NCBI GenBank assembly: GCA_038523235.1
Contig: JBCBJQ010000059.1
Location: 1 to 36,189, forward strand
DNA: 36,189 nucleotides
Direction: 5' to 3'
Source: Cyanobacteria bacterium J06626_4
GTDB taxonomy: Bacteria > Cyanobacteriota > Cyanobacteriia > Phormidesmidales > Phormidesmidaceae
Under the pieces are notes generated by a model that was given only the letters and a program-made list of their open reading frames with translations, did no database searches and was not told the origin of the DNA. Shown here piece after piece: positions 20,150 to 32,488 of this stretch. The position numbers were made by a program, and so were the translations under genes. The first letter of the stretch is position 1. Each line of letters opens with the position of its first letter.

Positions 20150-20186
20150 AACAACTCTGCTAAAGCGCTTTAGCAGAGTTGTTTTT
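20150..20186 (+). terminator. Intrinsic terminator-like perfect palindrome upstream of rpoB
   Basis: AACAACTCTGCTAAAGC|GCTTTAGCAGAGTTGTT followed by TTT, about 95 bp before the rpoB ATG. Confidence 0.65.
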
Positions 20187-20279
20187 GCCGTTGTCTGGTG
20201 CCTACTTGAGGGCAGCGGTTATTTGTTTTGATGAACTTTTTCTGTAGAGACTGTAGGGTTTGTCCGCCTGAGGAGACGC

Positions 20280-23200
20280 ATGACCGACCAAATCGCCACG
20301 ATGTCCAACTTTACGCTGCCTGATCTTGTCGAGATTCAGCGTTCTAGCTTTCGCTGGTTTTTGCGAGAAGGACTGATTGAGGAGTTGGATAGCTTCTCAC
20401 CCATCACTGACTATACCGGCAAGCTAGAGCTGCACTTTATCGGGAAGGACTATAAGCTTAAAAGTCCCAAGTACATGGTAGACGAAGCCAAGCGGCGGGA
20501 TGCTACCTATGGCGTACAAATGTATGTTCCCACTCGGTTGATTAATAAAGAGACGGGTGAGATTAAAGAGCAAGAGGTCTTCATTGGCGATTTGCCGCTC
20601 ATGACCGATCGCGGCACGTTCATTATCAATGGAGCCGAGCGCGTCATTGTTAACCAGATTGTCCGCAGCCCAGGCGTTTACTACAAAGCCGACACCGATA
20701 AAAATGGTCGCCGCACCTACAACGCTAACTTGATCCCGAACCGGGGGGCTTGGCTCAAATTTGAGACTGACAAGAATGATCTGGTCTGGGTGCGGATTGA
20801 CAAAACCCGTAAGATCTCTGCGCAGGTTTTGCTGAAGGCCTTAGGGCTGACCGATGCTGAGATCTTTGACTCACTGCGCCACCCAGAGTATTTCCAAAAA
20901 ACGATTGATAAAGAAGGGCAGTTTAGCGAAGACGAAGCGCTGCTCGAACTGTATCGTAAGCTGCGTCCCGGTGAGCCGCCCACGGTTTCAGGCGGACAGC
21001 AGCTCTTAGAATCGCGCTTCTTTGATGCGAAGCGCTATGACTTGGGTCGGGTGGGACGCTACAAGCTCAATCGTAAGCTGCGCCTGAGTATTCCAGACAC
21101 CACTCGGGTGTTGACGCCAGTAGATATCTTGTCGGCGATCGACTACCTGATCAACCTTGAGTTCGACACGGGCATGGTGGATGACATTGACCACTTGGGT
21201 AACCGCCGCGTGCGTTCTGTTGGCGAGCTGCTGCAAAATCAGGTGCGCGTGGGTCTTAATCGACTAGAGCGGATTATTCGAGAGCGCATGACCGTTTCTG
21301 ATGCCGACTCGCTGACCCCGGCTTCCCTAGTGAACCCGAAACCCCTAGTGGCGGCGATTAAAGAGTTCTTTGGCTCCAGTCAGCTGTCTCAGTTTATGGA
21401 TCAGACCAATCCCCTAGCGGAGTTGACCCATAAACGTCGACTCAGTGCTTTGGGACCGGGGGGCTTGACCCGTGAGCGGGCCGGTTTTGCGGTGCGTGAT
21501 ATTCACCCCTCTCACTACGGTCGGATTTGCCCGATCGAAACGCCAGAAGGCCCGAATGCGGGTCTGATCGGTTCTCTGGCCACCCATGGTCGGGTTAACG
21601 ATTTTGGCTTCATTGAGACGCCCTTTTTCCGCGTTGAGCAAGGCCGGGTGCGGCGCGATTTGCCGCCCTCCTATATGACTGCGGATGAGGAAGATGATCT
21701 GCGGGTGGCGGCAGGCGATTTGCCGACCGATGCGGACGGCTACATCTTGGGTGATGCCGTCCCGGTGCGCTATCGACAGGACTTCGCCGTATCGCCGCCG
21801 GAAGAGGTTGACTATGTAGCGGTGTCGCCGGTTCAGATTATTTCGGTAGCGACCTCCCTGATTCCCTTTTTGGAGCATGATGACGCCAACCGGGCGCTGA
21901 TGGGTTCTAACATGCAGCGCCAAGCGGTGCCTCTATTACGGCCGGAACGACCGCTGGTCGGTACTGGGCTAGAAGCTCAGGCAGCGCGTGACTCAGGCAT
22001 GGTCATCGTCAGCCGCACAGCCGGTGAAGTGGTCTATGTTGATGCTGACTTGGTACAGGTGCGAGATGAGCAGGGGCAGATCTATGACTATCCACTGCAA
22101 AAGTATCAGCGCTCTAACCAAGATACCTGTCTGAATCAGCGACCTCTGGTTTTCCAAGGGGCGCAGGTGCAGGCAGGGCAGGTCTTGGCCGATGGCTCAG
22201 CGGCGGAAGGGGGCGAAATCGCCCTTGGTCAGAACGTCATCATCTCCTACATGCCTTGGGAGGGCTACAACTACGAAGACGCCATCCTCATTAGTGAGCG
22301 GCTGGTATTCGAAGATGTATACACCTCAATTCACGTTGAGAAGTTTGAGATTGAGGCGCGCCAGACGAAGTTGGGGCCAGAAGAGATTACCCGTGAGATT
22401 CCCAACGTCGGTGAGGACGCGCTGCGGCAGTTAGATGAGGGCGGGATCATTCGGATCGGGGCTTGGGTTGAATCTGGTGACATTTTGGTGGGTAAGGTGA
22501 CCCCCAAAGGTGAATCAGATCAGCCGCCGGAAGAAAAGCTGCTGCGGGCAATTTTTGGCGAAAAGGCCAGAGATGTCCGTGACAACTCGCTGCGGGTGCC
22601 TAATGGCGAAAAGGGCCGGGTGGTTGATGTGCGCGTCTTTACTCGCGAGCAGGGCGACGAGCTACCGCCAGGGGCCAACATGGTCGTGCGGGTTTACGTG
22701 GCGCAAAAGCGCAAAATCCAGGTTGGCGACAAGATGGCGGGTCGCCATGGCAATAAGGGCATCATTTCCCGGATTCTACCGTTGGAAGATATGCCGTACT
22801 TGCCCGATGGCACCCCGATTGATATCGTTCTTAATCCGCTAGGTGTGCCCTCTCGGATGAACGTCGGTCAGGTGTTTGAATGTCTATTGGGTTGGGCTGC
22901 CGAAAATCTAGACGTACGCTTTAAGATCACGCCGTTCGACGAGATGTACGACAAGGAAGCGTCGCGTAATACGACCCACGGGCAACTGCAGCAGGCACGT
23001 GATCAGTCGGGTCAAGACTGGGTCTACAACCCTGATGATCCGGGCAAAATCCAGCTTTATGATGGTCGTACTGGTGAACCATTTGATCGTCCCGTTACGG
23101 TCGGGGTGGCCTACATGTTGAAGCTGGTGCACTTGGTCGATGATAAGATTCACGCGCGCTCGACAGGACCCTACTCGTTGGTGACACAGCAGCCCTTGGG

Positions 23201-23585
23201 CGGCAAGGCTCAACAGGGCGGACAACGCTTTGGCGAGATGGAGGTGTGGGCACTGGAGGCTTACGGCGCTTCCTACACGCTGCAGGAGTTGCTAACGGTG
23301 AAGTCAGACGATATGCAAGGGCGTAACGAAGCGCTTAACGCGATCGTCAAAGGCAAGGCGATCCCTCGACCAGGAACTCCCGAATCCTTCAAGGTGCTGA
23401 TGCGAGAGCTCCAGTCTCTCGGCTTGGATATTGCTGTCCATAAAGTGGAAACTCACGAAGATGGCACCAGTCGGGACGTTGAGGTTGACTTGATGTCTGA
23501 TTTGAGTAATCGCCGGACACCGACTCGCCCTACTTACGAATCGATCGTAACCCCCTCTGAGGCGACAGAAGAAGTCGAAGAATAG
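20280..23585 (+). CDS. rpoB: RNA polymerase beta subunit
   Basis: [57 protein letters not shown]. Confidence 0.99.
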   Translation: MTDQIATMSNFTLPDLVEIQRSSFRWFLREGLIEELDSFSPITDYTGKLELHFIGKDYKLKSPKYMVDEAKRRDATYGVQMYVPTRLINKETGEIKEQEVFIGDLPLMTDRGTFIINGAERVIVNQIVRSPGVYYKADTDKNGRRTYNANLIPNRGAWLKFETDKNDLVWVRIDKTRKISAQVLLKALGLTDAEIFDSLRHPEYFQKTIDKEGQFSEDEALLELYRKLRPGEPPTVSGGQQLLESRFFDAKRYDLGRVGRYKLNRKLRLSIPDTTRVLTPVDILSAIDYLINLEFDTGMVDDIDHLGNRRVRSVGELLQNQVRVGLNRLERIIRERMTVSDADSLTPASLVNPKPLVAAIKEFFGSSQLSQFMDQTNPLAELTHKRRLSALGPGGLTRERAGFAVRDIHPSHYGRICPIETPEGPNAGLIGSLATHGRVNDFGFIETPFFRVEQGRVRRDLPPSYMTADEEDDLRVAAGDLPTDADGYILGDAVPVRYRQDFAVSPPEEVDYVAVSPVQIISVATSLIPFLEHDDANRALMGSNMQRQAVPLLRPERPLVGTGLEAQAARDSGMVIVSRTAGEVVYVDADLVQVRDEQGQIYDYPLQKYQRSNQDTCLNQRPLVFQGAQVQAGQVLADGSAAEGGEIALGQNVIISYMPWEGYNYEDAILISERLVFEDVYTSIHVEKFEIEARQTKLGPEEITREIPNVGEDALRQLDEGGIIRIGAWVESGDILVGKVTPKGESDQPPEEKLLRAIFGEKARDVRDNSLRVPNGEKGRVVDVRVFTREQGDELPPGANMVVRVYVAQKRKIQVGDKMAGRHGNKGIISRILPLEDMPYLPDGTPIDIVLNPLGVPSRMNVGQVFECLLGWAAENLDVRFKITPFDEMYDKEASRNTTHGQLQQARDQSGQDWVYNPDDPGKIQLYDGRTGEPFDRPVTVGVAYMLKLVHLVDDKIHARSTGPYSLVTQQPLGGKAQQGGQRFGEMEVWALEAYGASYTLQELLTVKSDDMQGRNEALNAIVKGKAIPRPGTPESFKVLMRELQSLGLDIAVHKVETHEDGTSRDVEVDLMSDLSNRRTPTRPTYESIVTPSEATEEVEE

Positions 23586-23592
23586 TGGCTTT

Positions 23593-23616
23593 CAGGCTGA
23601 GAGTTTTCTCAGCCTG
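23593..23616 (+). other. Intergenic hairpin between rpoB and rpoC1
   Basis: CAGGCTGAGA-gttt-TCTCAGCCTG, 10-bp perfect stem with no U-tract. Confidence 0.6.
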
Positions 23617-23672
23617 CTGAGTCCCCGGTTGGTTGAAAACTAGCGCATATCTGTAGAAGGAAAGAGCTGAGC

Positions 23673-25544
23673 ATGGCAAAGCTAGAGCAGCGTTTTGATT
23701 ACGTCAAAATTGGATTAGCGTCTCCTGAGCGAGTTCGTCAATGGGGGGAGCGGACGCTTCCCAACGGCATGGTTGTTGGTGAAGTTACCAAGCCTGAAAC
23801 CATTAACTACCGTACGCTGAAGCCCGAAATGGACGGGCTATTTTGCGAGCGCATCTTTGGCCCCGCAAAAGATTGGGAATGTCACTGCGGTAAATATAAG
23901 CGGGTGCGGCATCGCGGTATTGTTTGTGAGCGCTGTGGCGTTGAGGTGACGGAGTCGCGAGTCCGCCGTCATCGGATGGGCTATATCAAGCTAGCGGCGC
24001 CGGTGGCGCATGTTTGGTACCTCAAGGGCATTCCCAGCTACATTGCGATTTTGCTAGATATGCCGCTCAAGGATGTCGAGCAGATTGTCTATTTCAACGC
24101 GTACGTTGTTCTCGATCCGGGCAATGCTGACAACCTGTCTTACAAACAGCTGCTGACCGAAGACCAGTGGATCGAAATTGAAGATCAACTTTATGACGAA
24201 GAATCTCAGCTCGTGGGAGTTGAAGTCGGGATTGGGGCTGAAGCGTTGCAGCGACTGCTGCAAGATCTGAACTTGGAGGAAGAGGCCGAAAATCTGCGGG
24301 AGCAGATCGCCGTCTCTAAGGGACAAAAGCGAGCCAAGCTGATCAAGCGCTTGCGGGTCACTGACAACTTCGTGGCCACCGGTTCTCGGCCAGATTGGAT
24401 GGTGATCAACGCGATTCCGGTGATTCCCCCTGACTTGCGGCCCATGGTGCAGCTGGATGGGGGGCGCTTTGCCACCTCTGACCTGAACGATCTCTATCGT
24501 CGGGTGATCAATCGCAACAATCGACTGGCGCGTCTGCAGGAAATTTTGGCACCTGAGATTATTGTGCGTAATGAGAAGCGCATGCTGCAGGAGGCGGTCG
24601 ATGCGCTGATTGATAACGGCCGTCGCGGTCGCACGGTCGTGGGTGCCAACAATCGTCCTCTGAAGTCTCTGTCAGACATTATTGAAGGTAAGCAAGGTCG
24701 CTTCCGACAAAACCTGTTGGGTAAGCGAGTTGACTACTCCGGTCGTTCAGTCATCGTGGTCGGCCCCAAGCTGAAGATTCATCAGTGCGGTTTGCCCCGC
24801 GAGATGGCGATCGAGCTGTTTCAACCCTTTGTGATTCATCGCTTGATTCGCCAGGGCATGGTGAACAACATCAAGGCCGCGAAAAAGCTCATTCAGCGCA
24901 ACGATCCCAGCGTTTGGGAAGTGTTGGAAGAAGTCATCGAGAGTCATCCGGTTATGTTGAACCGGGCCCCGACTTTGCACCGTCTAGGCATTCAAGCTTT
25001 TGAACCGATTTTGGTGGAAGGCCGAGCCATTCAGTTGCACCCGTTAGTGTGTCCCGCCTTCAACGCTGACTTTGACGGCGACCAAATGGCTGTGCACGTG
25101 CCGCTATCGCTAGAAGCTCAGTCAGAAGCCCGACTACTCATGTTGGCCTCTAACAATGTGCTGTCTCCGGCCACTGGGCGACCCATCATTACGCCGAGCC
25201 AGGATATGGTGTTGGGCTGTTATTATCTGACGGCAGAAAATCCCTATGAGCAAAAGGGGGCTGGGCAAACCTTTGGCAATATGGAGGATGCCATTCTGGC
25301 CTTTGAACAGGGCACGGTCAGCCTGCACGCTGAAGTTTGGCTGCGCTTTGATGGTTCGGTTGAGTCGGGCGGTGCTGACAATTTGATGGAAGAGACGACC
25401 GAGCCGGATGGTACGGTCAGACGTCTCTATGAACATCGCCGCACTCGAGAAGATAGTGACGGTCAGTTGATTTCGCAATATATCAAAACGACAGCTGGGC
25501 GAATCATCTATAACAAAACGGTGCATGAGGCACTGGCGAACTAG
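23673..25544 (+). CDS. rpoC1: RNA polymerase gamma subunit
   Basis: Zn finger CHCGKYK..CERC and the NADFDGD active-site motif; ends where cyanobacterial beta' is split. Confidence 0.99.
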   Translation: MAKLEQRFDYVKIGLASPERVRQWGERTLPNGMVVGEVTKPETINYRTLKPEMDGLFCERIFGPAKDWECHCGKYKRVRHRGIVCERCGVEVTESRVRRHRMGYIKLAAPVAHVWYLKGIPSYIAILLDMPLKDVEQIVYFNAYVVLDPGNADNLSYKQLLTEDQWIEIEDQLYDEESQLVGVEVGIGAEALQRLLQDLNLEEEAENLREQIAVSKGQKRAKLIKRLRVTDNFVATGSRPDWMVINAIPVIPPDLRPMVQLDGGRFATSDLNDLYRRVINRNNRLARLQEILAPEIIVRNEKRMLQEAVDALIDNGRRGRTVVGANNRPLKSLSDIIEGKQGRFRQNLLGKRVDYSGRSVIVVGPKLKIHQCGLPREMAIELFQPFVIHRLIRQGMVNNIKAAKKLIQRNDPSVWEVLEEVIESHPVMLNRAPTLHRLGIQAFEPILVEGRAIQLHPLVCPAFNADFDGDQMAVHVPLSLEAQSEARLLMLASNNVLSPATGRPIITPSQDMVLGCYYLTAENPYEQKGAGQTFGNMEDAILAFEQGTVSLHAEVWLRFDGSVESGGADNLMEETTEPDGTVRRLYEHRRTREDSDGQLISQYIKTTAGRIIYNKTVHEALAN

Positions 25545-25562
25545 CATCCCCCGTTTTGTTGA

Positions 25563-25589
25563 GAGGAAGGCAGAGAGCTTGTCTTCCTC
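25563..25589 (+). other. Intergenic hairpin between rpoC1 and rpoC2
   Basis: GAGGAAGGCA-gagagct-TGTCTTCCTC, 10 bp including one G-U pair. Confidence 0.5.
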
Positions 25590-25634
25590 AGACCATTTTT
25601 AGAGACTTAAATCAAGCAAGGGCGAGAGGGCAAC

Positions 25635-28600
25635 ATGGCAGAGCAAGAATCCAATCAATCCCCCATGGTCTTTACAAATCGGGTGATTGATAAAAAGCAG
25701 CTGAAAAAACTCATTTCCTGGTCTTTTGAGCATTTCGGCACGGCTCGAACCTCACAGATGGCCGACCGGATGAAGGATTTAGGCTTTCGGTATGCAACCC
25801 GAGCGGGCGTTTCAATTAGTGTCGAAGACTTGCAAGTGCCAGCTGAGAAGCGGGGGCTGCTGGATGCGGCGGACGAAGAAATTCGCACTACTGAGGAACG
25901 CTACACCCGTGGCGAAATCACTGAGGTAGAGCGATTCCAGAAGGTAATTGATACTTGGAACGGTACGAGTGAAGAACTCAAGAACCAGGTCGTTAAGAAC
26001 TTTAAGGAAAATAATCCGCTGAACTCGGTCTACATGATGGCGTTCTCTGGTGCCCGCGGCAATATTTCTCAGGTGCGCCAGCTGGTGGGTATGCGTGGCC
26101 TGATGGCGAATCCTCAAGGGGAAATCATTGACCAGCCGATTCGGACTAACTTCCGGGAAGGGCTGTCAGTGACTGAGTATGTCATCTCTTCCTACGGTGC
26201 CCGGAAAGGGTTGGTAGATACGGCCTTAAGAACGGCGGACTCTGGCTATCTCACCCGTCGCTTAGTGGATGTTTCCCAAGATGTGATTATTCGTGAAGGC
26301 GATTGCGGCACTGAGCGCGGCATTCCTCTGGGCAGCATGATGGCGGGTGAGAAGGTATTAATTCCCCTCTCTGACCGCTTGCTGGGCCGAGTGCTGGCCG
26401 AAGATGCCGTGCATCCTGAAACGGGTGAAATTGTAGCGCGTCGTAACGATGCGCTGTCTCAGCACCTGGCAGATGAGATCTACGAGGCAGTGGGTGATTT
26501 GGGCGAGGTGATGGTGCGATCTGCCCTCACCTGTGAAGCCACGCGGTCAGTGTGTCGCCATTGCTATGGCTGGAGCTTGGCCCACTCTGAAATGGTCGAT
26601 TTGGGTGAAGCGGTCGGCATTATTGCGGCGCAGTCGATTGGCGAACCGGGAACGCAGCTGACGATGCGCACCTTCCACACGGGCGGCACCTTTACCGGTG
26701 AAATGGCCCCGCAGGTACGCGCTAAGCGCAACGGTATTGTGGAGCTACCGGCGAAACTGAAGAGTCGAGCTTTCCGCACGCGTCATGGCGAAGATGCCCT
26801 GGTGCTGGAAGGCGCGGGCAAAATTGTGGTGCAAGGCGAAACCAGCGGTAAGCAAACGGAGTCTTTGCCCCAGGGTGCCATCATGTTTGTTAACCACGGC
26901 GATCGCGTGGTGAAGGATCAGCTATTGGCCGAGATGCCCACCTCTAGCCGCATCCGGAAGGTGACCGAGAAAGCCACGAAGGACGTGAACAGTGACCTCT
27001 CCGGTGAGGTGCAGTTTGCCGGACTGGTGCAAGAAGAAAAGATTGACCGCCAGGGCAATACCACCCGCCTGGCACAACGGGGTGGTTTGATTTGGGTGTT
27101 GTCAGGGGAAGTATATAACCTGCCCCCCAATGCTGAGCCCGTGGTGCAAAATGGCGATCGCATCGTCCCTGACAGCATCATTGCAGAGACTCGCCAGGTG
27201 ACGGAGCGGGGCGGCTTAGTGCGACTGCCAGAAGTCGTGGAAGGCAAAGACGCGCGGGAAGTTGAGGTGATCACCGCATCCGTGCTGCTGGATCAGGCCG
27301 AAGTCAAGATGGAGAGCGGTCAAGGGGGCGAACACTACATCATTGAAACGGCTAACGGTCAGCGGTTTTCTTTGATTGCTACCCCCGGCACCAAGTTGGT
27401 GAATAATGGTGTGGTCGCCGAGATGGAAGATACGGCGTATCAGACCAGCACGGGCGGCATGCTCAAGTACTCCGGGCTAGAAGCGGCGAAGAAAGGGAAA
27501 GGTAAGCAGGGCTACGAGGTCACGAAAGGTGGTCAGTTGCTGTGGATTCCGGAAGAAACCCACGAAGTTAACAAGGATCTCTCGCTCCTGTTGGTCGAGG
27601 ACGGTCAGTATGTCGAGGCTGGTACAGAAGTGGTCAAAGACATCTTCTGTCAAAGCAGCGGTGTGGTTGAGGTCACCCAGAAGAACGACATCCTACGGGA
27701 AATCGTCATCAAGCCGGGCGACCTGCACATGGTCGATAACCCGGAAGCCGTGATGGAGCGCGATGGCACCATTGTGCCGCCCGGTGAAACACTGATGGCG
27801 GGACTCACGACCTCAGCTCTCAGCTATGTGGAATTCTTAGAATCACCGGAAGGCCCTGCCCTGCTGGTGCGTCCGGTCGAAGAATATACGGTGCCGGATG
27901 AGCCGCCCGTACCCAGTCAAGATTCCACCAGTGATTCAGGGTGTCACATTCGACTCCGGGCCATGCAGCGGATTTCTTTCAAAGACGGCGATCGCGTTAA
28001 GTCGGTAGAGGGGCAAGACCTGCTACGGACTCAGCTAGTACTCGAAATCGGCGAAGAATCGTCTCACTTGGAAGCTGACATTGAGCAGGTTCCTGACGAA
28101 AACGATCCGGACGTGATGCGTTTACAGCTGGTGATTTTGGAATCGATCATCATTCGTCGTGATGTGATTGCTGACCAAACCCAAGGCAGCACCCTGACGC
28201 GGATTTTAGTCGAAGAAGGACAGCAGATTGAGCCTGGTGCTGTCGTTGCCCGCACCGAGATCCAATGTAAAGAAGAAGGTGAAGTTCGAGGGATTCGCGA
28301 AGGCACCGAGGCGATTCGCCGAATTTTGGTCGTGCGTGAAAACGATCTCGTGCAGCTAGCACTCGACGGTAAGCAACCTTCGGTGGCGGTGGGTGATTTA
28401 GTGGTTGATGGCAGTGAAGTCGCCCCTGGCATGGTGTTAAAGGAATCGGGTCAAGTCACAGAAATTACCGATGCGTATATCAAACTCCGCATTGCTCGCC
28501 CCTACCGAGTATCGACGGGTGCCGTCTTGCATATTGAAGACGGTGACTTGGTGCAGCGGGGTGACAGCCTGGTGCTGCTAGTGTTTGAGCGCGCTAAGAC

Positions 28601-29630
28601 GGGCGATATTATTCAAGGCTTACCGCGGATTGAGGAGCTATTAGAAGCTCGGAAACCCAAGGAAGCCTGTGTGTTGGTGGAGCGACCGGGGACTACTCAG
28701 GTCGTCTTTACTGATGACGAAGCGGCCAATGTCAAGGTGGTGGAAGAGGATGGCGTCGTCGCTGAGTATCCGCTCAATCCGGGGCAAAACTTGCTCATCA
28801 ACGACGATCAGTACGTTGTTGCTGCTGAGCCGCTCACGGATGGCCCGGCCAACCCCCACCAAATTCTGGAAATCTTCTTCAAATATCACCTGTCTCAGGG
28901 TGAAGGCACCCATGGTTCAGCGATGAAGGCGCTTCAAGAAGTTCAAACTTTCTTGGTGAACGAAGTGCAGTCGGTTTATCAATCTCAAGGGGTCGATATT
29001 TCAGACAAGCATATTGAAGTGATTGTGCGTCAGATGACCTCTAAAGCCCGGATCGAAGATGGTGGTGATACCACGATGCTACCGGGTGAGCTGATGGAAA
29101 TTTATCAGATTGAGCAGGTCAATGAAGCGATGGCGATTACCGGCGGGGCTCCAGCGGAATATACGCCAGTCCTGTTAGGTATCACTAAAGCCTCTCTGAA
29201 CACAGATAGCTTTATCTCGGCAGCGAGTTTCCAAGAGACGACTCGAGTGCTGACTGAGGCCGCCATTGAGGGTAAATCTGACTGGCTGCGCGGCTTGAAA
29301 GAGAACGTGATTATTGGGCGTTTGATTCCGGCTGGTACAGGCTTTAATGCTTATGAAGAACCGGCACCCATCCTCGACGCAGAGGAGGGCGTGGGCTTTG
29401 ACGGGGCCATGATTGACGATGCCATGGCTCGTGACGTGGTGTTAGATGACGAATCAGCTCGAAGCTATAAGTTGGAGAGCGGTTTAGGCCTCTTGAAAGA
29501 TGATGAGATGGTGGGGTTCTCTAAACCCGGTGACGCTGCGGCTGACAATGGTGGTGAAACGCCACCCCCGAATGGTGCCGGGCTGGATGATGACAATTTG
29601 CTGATTGACGACAGCAGCGACATTATCTAA
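25635..29630 (+). CDS. rpoC2: RNA polymerase beta' subunit
   Basis: [39 protein letters not shown], large SI3 insertion, [25 protein letters not shown], acidic tail. Confidence 0.99.
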   Translation: MAEQESNQSPMVFTNRVIDKKQLKKLISWSFEHFGTARTSQMADRMKDLGFRYATRAGVSISVEDLQVPAEKRGLLDAADEEIRTTEERYTRGEITEVERFQKVIDTWNGTSEELKNQVVKNFKENNPLNSVYMMAFSGARGNISQVRQLVGMRGLMANPQGEIIDQPIRTNFREGLSVTEYVISSYGARKGLVDTALRTADSGYLTRRLVDVSQDVIIREGDCGTERGIPLGSMMAGEKVLIPLSDRLLGRVLAEDAVHPETGEIVARRNDALSQHLADEIYEAVGDLGEVMVRSALTCEATRSVCRHCYGWSLAHSEMVDLGEAVGIIAAQSIGEPGTQLTMRTFHTGGTFTGEMAPQVRAKRNGIVELPAKLKSRAFRTRHGEDALVLEGAGKIVVQGETSGKQTESLPQGAIMFVNHGDRVVKDQLLAEMPTSSRIRKVTEKATKDVNSDLSGEVQFAGLVQEEKIDRQGNTTRLAQRGGLIWVLSGEVYNLPPNAEPVVQNGDRIVPDSIIAETRQVTERGGLVRLPEVVEGKDAREVEVITASVLLDQAEVKMESGQGGEHYIIETANGQRFSLIATPGTKLVNNGVVAEMEDTAYQTSTGGMLKYSGLEAAKKGKGKQGYEVTKGGQLLWIPEETHEVNKDLSLLLVEDGQYVEAGTEVVKDIFCQSSGVVEVTQKNDILREIVIKPGDLHMVDNPEAVMERDGTIVPPGETLMAGLTTSALSYVEFLESPEGPALLVRPVEEYTVPDEPPVPSQDSTSDSGCHIRLRAMQRISFKDGDRVKSVEGQDLLRTQLVLEIGEESSHLEADIEQVPDENDPDVMRLQLVILESIIIRRDVIADQTQGSTLTRILVEEGQQIEPGAVVARTEIQCKEEGEVRGIREGTEAIRRILVVRENDLVQLALDGKQPSVAVGDLVVDGSEVAPGMVLKESGQVTEITDAYIKLRIARPYRVSTGAVLHIEDGDLVQRGDSLVLLVFERAKTGDIIQGLPRIEELLEARKPKEACVLVERPGTTQVVFTDDEAANVKVVEEDGVVAEYPLNPGQNLLINDDQYVVAAEPLTDGPANPHQILEIFFKYHLSQGEGTHGSAMKALQEVQTFLVNEVQSVYQSQGVDISDKHIEVIVRQMTSKARIEDGGDTTMLPGELMEIYQIEQVNEAMAITGGAPAEYTPVLLGITKASLNTDSFISAASFQETTRVLTEAAIEGKSDWLRGLKENVIIGRLIPAGTGFNAYEEPAPILDAEEGVGFDGAMIDDAMARDVVLDDESARSYKLESGLGLLKDDEMVGFSKPGDAAADNGGETPPPNGAGLDDDNLLIDDSSDII

Positions 29631-29645
29631 CGTCTACGATCTCCT

Positions 29646-29701
29646 AACTGCCGATCAAAAAAGGAGTCCTCAACTGAGGACTCCTTTTTTGATCGGCAGT
29701 T
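29646..29701. terminator. rpo operon terminator, bidirectional
   Basis: 27-bp perfect inverted repeat AACTGCCGATCAAAAAAGGAGTCCTCA-ac-TGAGGACTCCTTTTTTGATCGGCAGTT with T6 tracts on both strands. Confidence 0.9.
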
Positions 29702-29871
29702 GCGATCCGCCAAAGCGATTTCAGTAATATAGCTAGCCGCAGTTGGGTTTGGACACTTTTAATTGCCAGAGCGCTTGCGGCAAAATCCTTCCCTGCACCT
29801 GGAACCCTGTAATTTTCTACCCTCTGCTATCGTTTTGAGTCCCCCTTTACTCCCCTGCCTTGATGAATGTT

Positions 29872-30876
29872 ATGACTGCTTCGACGCTTCACCCCAGAAC
29901 CTACGCGATCCTCGGCACCGGCGCGATCGGTGGCTACTATGGCGCTTGCCTGCAGAACTCAGGGCAAGACGTCCACTATCTGCTGCATCGCGACTATGAC
30001 TGGGTGCAGCAAAATGGCCTAAAAGTGGATTCGGTGGCAGGTGACTTGGTGCTGCCAAAGGTGCAGGCCTATCGCCACACAACGGAGATGCCCATTGCGG
30101 ATGTCGTGATCATCGCCCTTAAAACTACCCAAAATGCCGCGCTGTTGCCCCAGCTCTTGCCGCCGCTGCTCGGCCCGCACACCGTCATCCTGACCTTGCA
30201 AAATGGGCTCGATATTGAAGCTGACATTGCCGCGATCGCCCCCCAACACACGCTAGTGGGCGGCCTGTGCTTCATCTGTTCCAACAAACTTGGCCCCGGC
30301 CACATTCACCATTTAGACTACGGCAGCATCTTGCTCGGAATCTACGACAGTGCCCAGCAGCCGGTCGCCATATCGACGGAATTGCAGGCGATCGCCCAAG
30401 ATTTTGAGCAGGCAGGCATCGCTGTGGAGATGACCGCCGATCTCTACCTGGCCCGCTGGCGCAAACTGGTGTGGAATGTGCCCTTCAACAGCTTGTCAGT
30501 GATTCTCAACGCTACTACCGACGCCATGATGGCCGACCCACACACTCGCCAACTCGCCGCTGACCTCATGCAAGAAGTTGTCGCCGCTGCCCAGGGCTGT
30601 GTGCAAATCGCCACCTCACATCTCGACCGCGCCCTCTCACCCGATCTGATCGCTACCATGCTGGCTCACACCGCCCAAATGAAGCCCTATCGCACCAGCA
30701 TGAAAATCGATTTCGATGAAGGCCGACCCTTAGAAGTGGAAGCGATTGTCGGCAACCCTCTGCGGGCCGCCCAACAAGCCGCGATCGCCACCCCCAAAAT
30801 CGAAATGCTCTATCATCAGCTCAAAATGCTCGACACCCGCAACCAATCCCCTTCCACAAGTCAGAAGAATTGCTGA
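29872..30876 (+). CDS. panE: 2-dehydropantoate 2-reductase (PanE/ApbA family)
   Basis: ILGTGAIGGYYG, IALKT, TLQNGL, WRKLVWNVPFN, TSMKIDF, LEVEAIVG; start 29860-29872. Confidence 0.85.
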   Translation: MTASTLHPRTYAILGTGAIGGYYGACLQNSGQDVHYLLHRDYDWVQQNGLKVDSVAGDLVLPKVQAYRHTTEMPIADVVIIALKTTQNAALLPQLLPPLLGPHTVILTLQNGLDIEADIAAIAPQHTLVGGLCFICSNKLGPGHIHHLDYGSILLGIYDSAQQPVAISTELQAIAQDFEQAGIAVEMTADLYLARWRKLVWNVPFNSLSVILNATTDAMMADPHTRQLAADLMQEVVAAAQGCVQIATSHLDRALSPDLIATMLAHTAQMKPYRTSMKIDFDEGRPLEVEAIVGNPLRAAQQAAIATPKIEMLYHQLKMLDTRNQSPSTSQKNC

Positions 30877-30974
30877 GATAAGCAAACCTTTGCCGCGATC
30901 GCCCACAAGATATGGGATAACGATAGATACACGACAGATACTCATCCAGACTCTGGCTGATAGGAACAGGAATC

Positions 30975-31721
30975 ATGAAAAAGCTGATTGAAGGCATCCG
31001 AGAATTTCAAAGCAGTTATGTGCCTTCCAATCGCGCTTTGATGGAAGAGTTGAGCCACGGCCAACACCCCCGAGTCTTGTTCGTCGGCTGTTCTGACTCT
31101 CGGGTTGATCCTTCCATCATCACCCAGTCTGACATTGGCGATCTTTTCGTCATTCGCAACGCAGGCAATATCATTCCCCCCTATGAGGCGACCAACGGCG
31201 GCGAGGGCGCCACGATTGAATACGCCGTTGAGGCTCTCGACATTAAGCAAGTAATTATCTGCGGTCACAGCAAATGTGGCGCGATGAAGGGGCTGCTGCA
31301 GATTGGTGACCTCGAAGAAAAAATGCCGCTTGTCTACAGCTGGCTGCGTCATACTGAAGCGACTCGTCGCTTGGTACAAGATAACTATGCACACCTCGGC
31401 AAGTCAGAAACGCTCGATGTGCTGGTTGCGGAGAACGTGTTGACCCAAATCGAAAATCTGCGCACCTATCCGGTGATTCGCTCAAAGCTGTTTCGTGGCG
31501 ATCTCTCGATTCATGCGTGGATTTATGAGATTGAGACGGGCAACGTGCTGGCCTACGATGCCGAGCAGCATGCTTTCGTTCCCCCTCACAGCAAAATTGA
31601 TGGTGTGGTGAGTCCCAAGAGCTATTATGCGGCCTCCCCCAACCATCTGCCTGGCACCGATCGCCTCTCCCGCGAACAGTCAGAACGCATTTATCGCGGT
31701 TCGGCCAAAGCGGCTTATTAA
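30975..31721 (+). CDS. ccaA: Carboxysomal beta-carbonic anhydrase
   Basis: CSDSR, RNAGN, CGHSKCGAM Zn ligands and the CcaA-type C-terminal tail LSREQSERIYRGS. Confidence 0.9.
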   Translation: MKKLIEGIREFQSSYVPSNRALMEELSHGQHPRVLFVGCSDSRVDPSIITQSDIGDLFVIRNAGNIIPPYEATNGGEGATIEYAVEALDIKQVIICGHSKCGAMKGLLQIGDLEEKMPLVYSWLRHTEATRRLVQDNYAHLGKSETLDVLVAENVLTQIENLRTYPVIRSKLFRGDLSIHAWIYEIETGNVLAYDAEQHAFVPPHSKIDGVVSPKSYYAASPNHLPGTDRLSREQSERIYRGSAKAAY

Positions 31722-31796
31722 AATGCCTGCACATAATTCTCTACAGTTTGTAGCAGCGGCCAGTTCGCCTGGCAAAATATATTATTAGGTGTGCCT

Positions 31797-31870
31797 GGGG
31801 CTGTAGCTCAGCTGGATAGAGCAACCGCCTCCTAAGTGGTAGGTCGCGCGTTCGAATCGCGCCAGCCCCG
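31797..31870 (+). tRNA. tRNA-Arg(CCT)
   Basis: Acceptor GGGGCTG/CAGCCCC, D arm GCTC/GAGC, anticodon arm ACCGC-CTCCTAA-GTGGT, T arm GCGCG-TTCGAAT-CGCGC; CCA not encoded. Confidence 0.97.
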
Positions 31871-32035
31871 TTCCTTTGTAAATCTTTCCCCCCTTCATCA
31901 AGGATAGGGTGACGTCGACGGAGCATGATGCACCAATTGCCGGTGTCTTTATCACCTGAAACAGCCTTATAAGCGGTTTCCTGAGCGCCGCTGTATTTTC
32001 AGACAGCATTAGTCGCTCCGCAGCCGAGAAGCATG

Positions 32036-32263
32036 TTAGAAGGTAGCGGGCAGCACTAGTAACGTATTGCCGCGACGTCCCACAACGGTAACCGAGGTGC
32101 CCAGCAAGAGGGGGTAGCCCGTGGCAGGATCATAGAGGCTGGCTTTCCAGCTGACGCCCATGACTTTGACTCGGCCCGGCAGATGCGCCGTAATGTCGCG
32201 TTCGACAACGCCTGCTAAGGGCTGCTCAAAGAATTCGACGGGGATCTGTTCCAGGATATACAT
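32036..32263 (-). CDS. NfeD-like stand-alone OB-fold protein
   Basis: GRVKVMGVSWKA..GTSVTVVGRRGNTLLV matches the NfeD C-terminal pattern. Confidence 0.8.
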   Translation of the reverse strand: MYILEQIPVEFFEQPLAGVVERDITAHLPGRVKVMGVSWKASLYDPATGYPLLLGTSVTVVGRRGNTLLVLPATF

Positions 32264-32278
32264 CGCTCATCTTCAGGT

Positions 32279-32437
32279 TTAGGCGGGACGCATCAGCAAT
32301 TCGAGATGCCACAAAGCTGCAGAGACTGATTGACGCTCAGCATCGGGTTCAGCCTCTGCTCGTTGCGCTTGGTAGCCTTGCCAGCGAAATGGACTGGGAG
32401 CCAGCAGGGTTGGGAAGTTGCGAGAGAAATAAAGCAT
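32279..32437 (-). CDS. Small hypothetical protein (52 aa), absent from the ORF track
   Basis: Hand translation: MLYFSRNFPTLLAPSPFRWQGYQAQRAEAEPDAERQSVSAALWHLELLMRPA*; fills the gap between two co-oriented genes. Confidence 0.5.
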   Translation of the reverse strand: MLYFSRNFPTLLAPSPFRWQGYQAQRAEAEPDAERQSVSAALWHLELLMRPA

Positions 32438-32488
32438 TGATATTCAGACGTACAGGACAGAGTTAGTAGCTGCGAGGTAACGGACTTA

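Noticed and set aside
20280..29630. Inteins, introns or novel insertions in the rpo genes, and antisense ORFs
   Set aside because: Lengths are normal, the SI3 insertion and the rpoC1/rpoC2 split are standard for cyanobacteria, and the antisense ORFs are codon-bias shadows.
31640..31721. Unusual CcaA targeting tail
   Set aside because: The EQxxRIYRG core is retained; residue variation before it cannot be called unusual without an alignment.
31741..32009. ORFs antisense to tRNA-Arg
   Set aside because: They are translations of the tRNA reverse complement.
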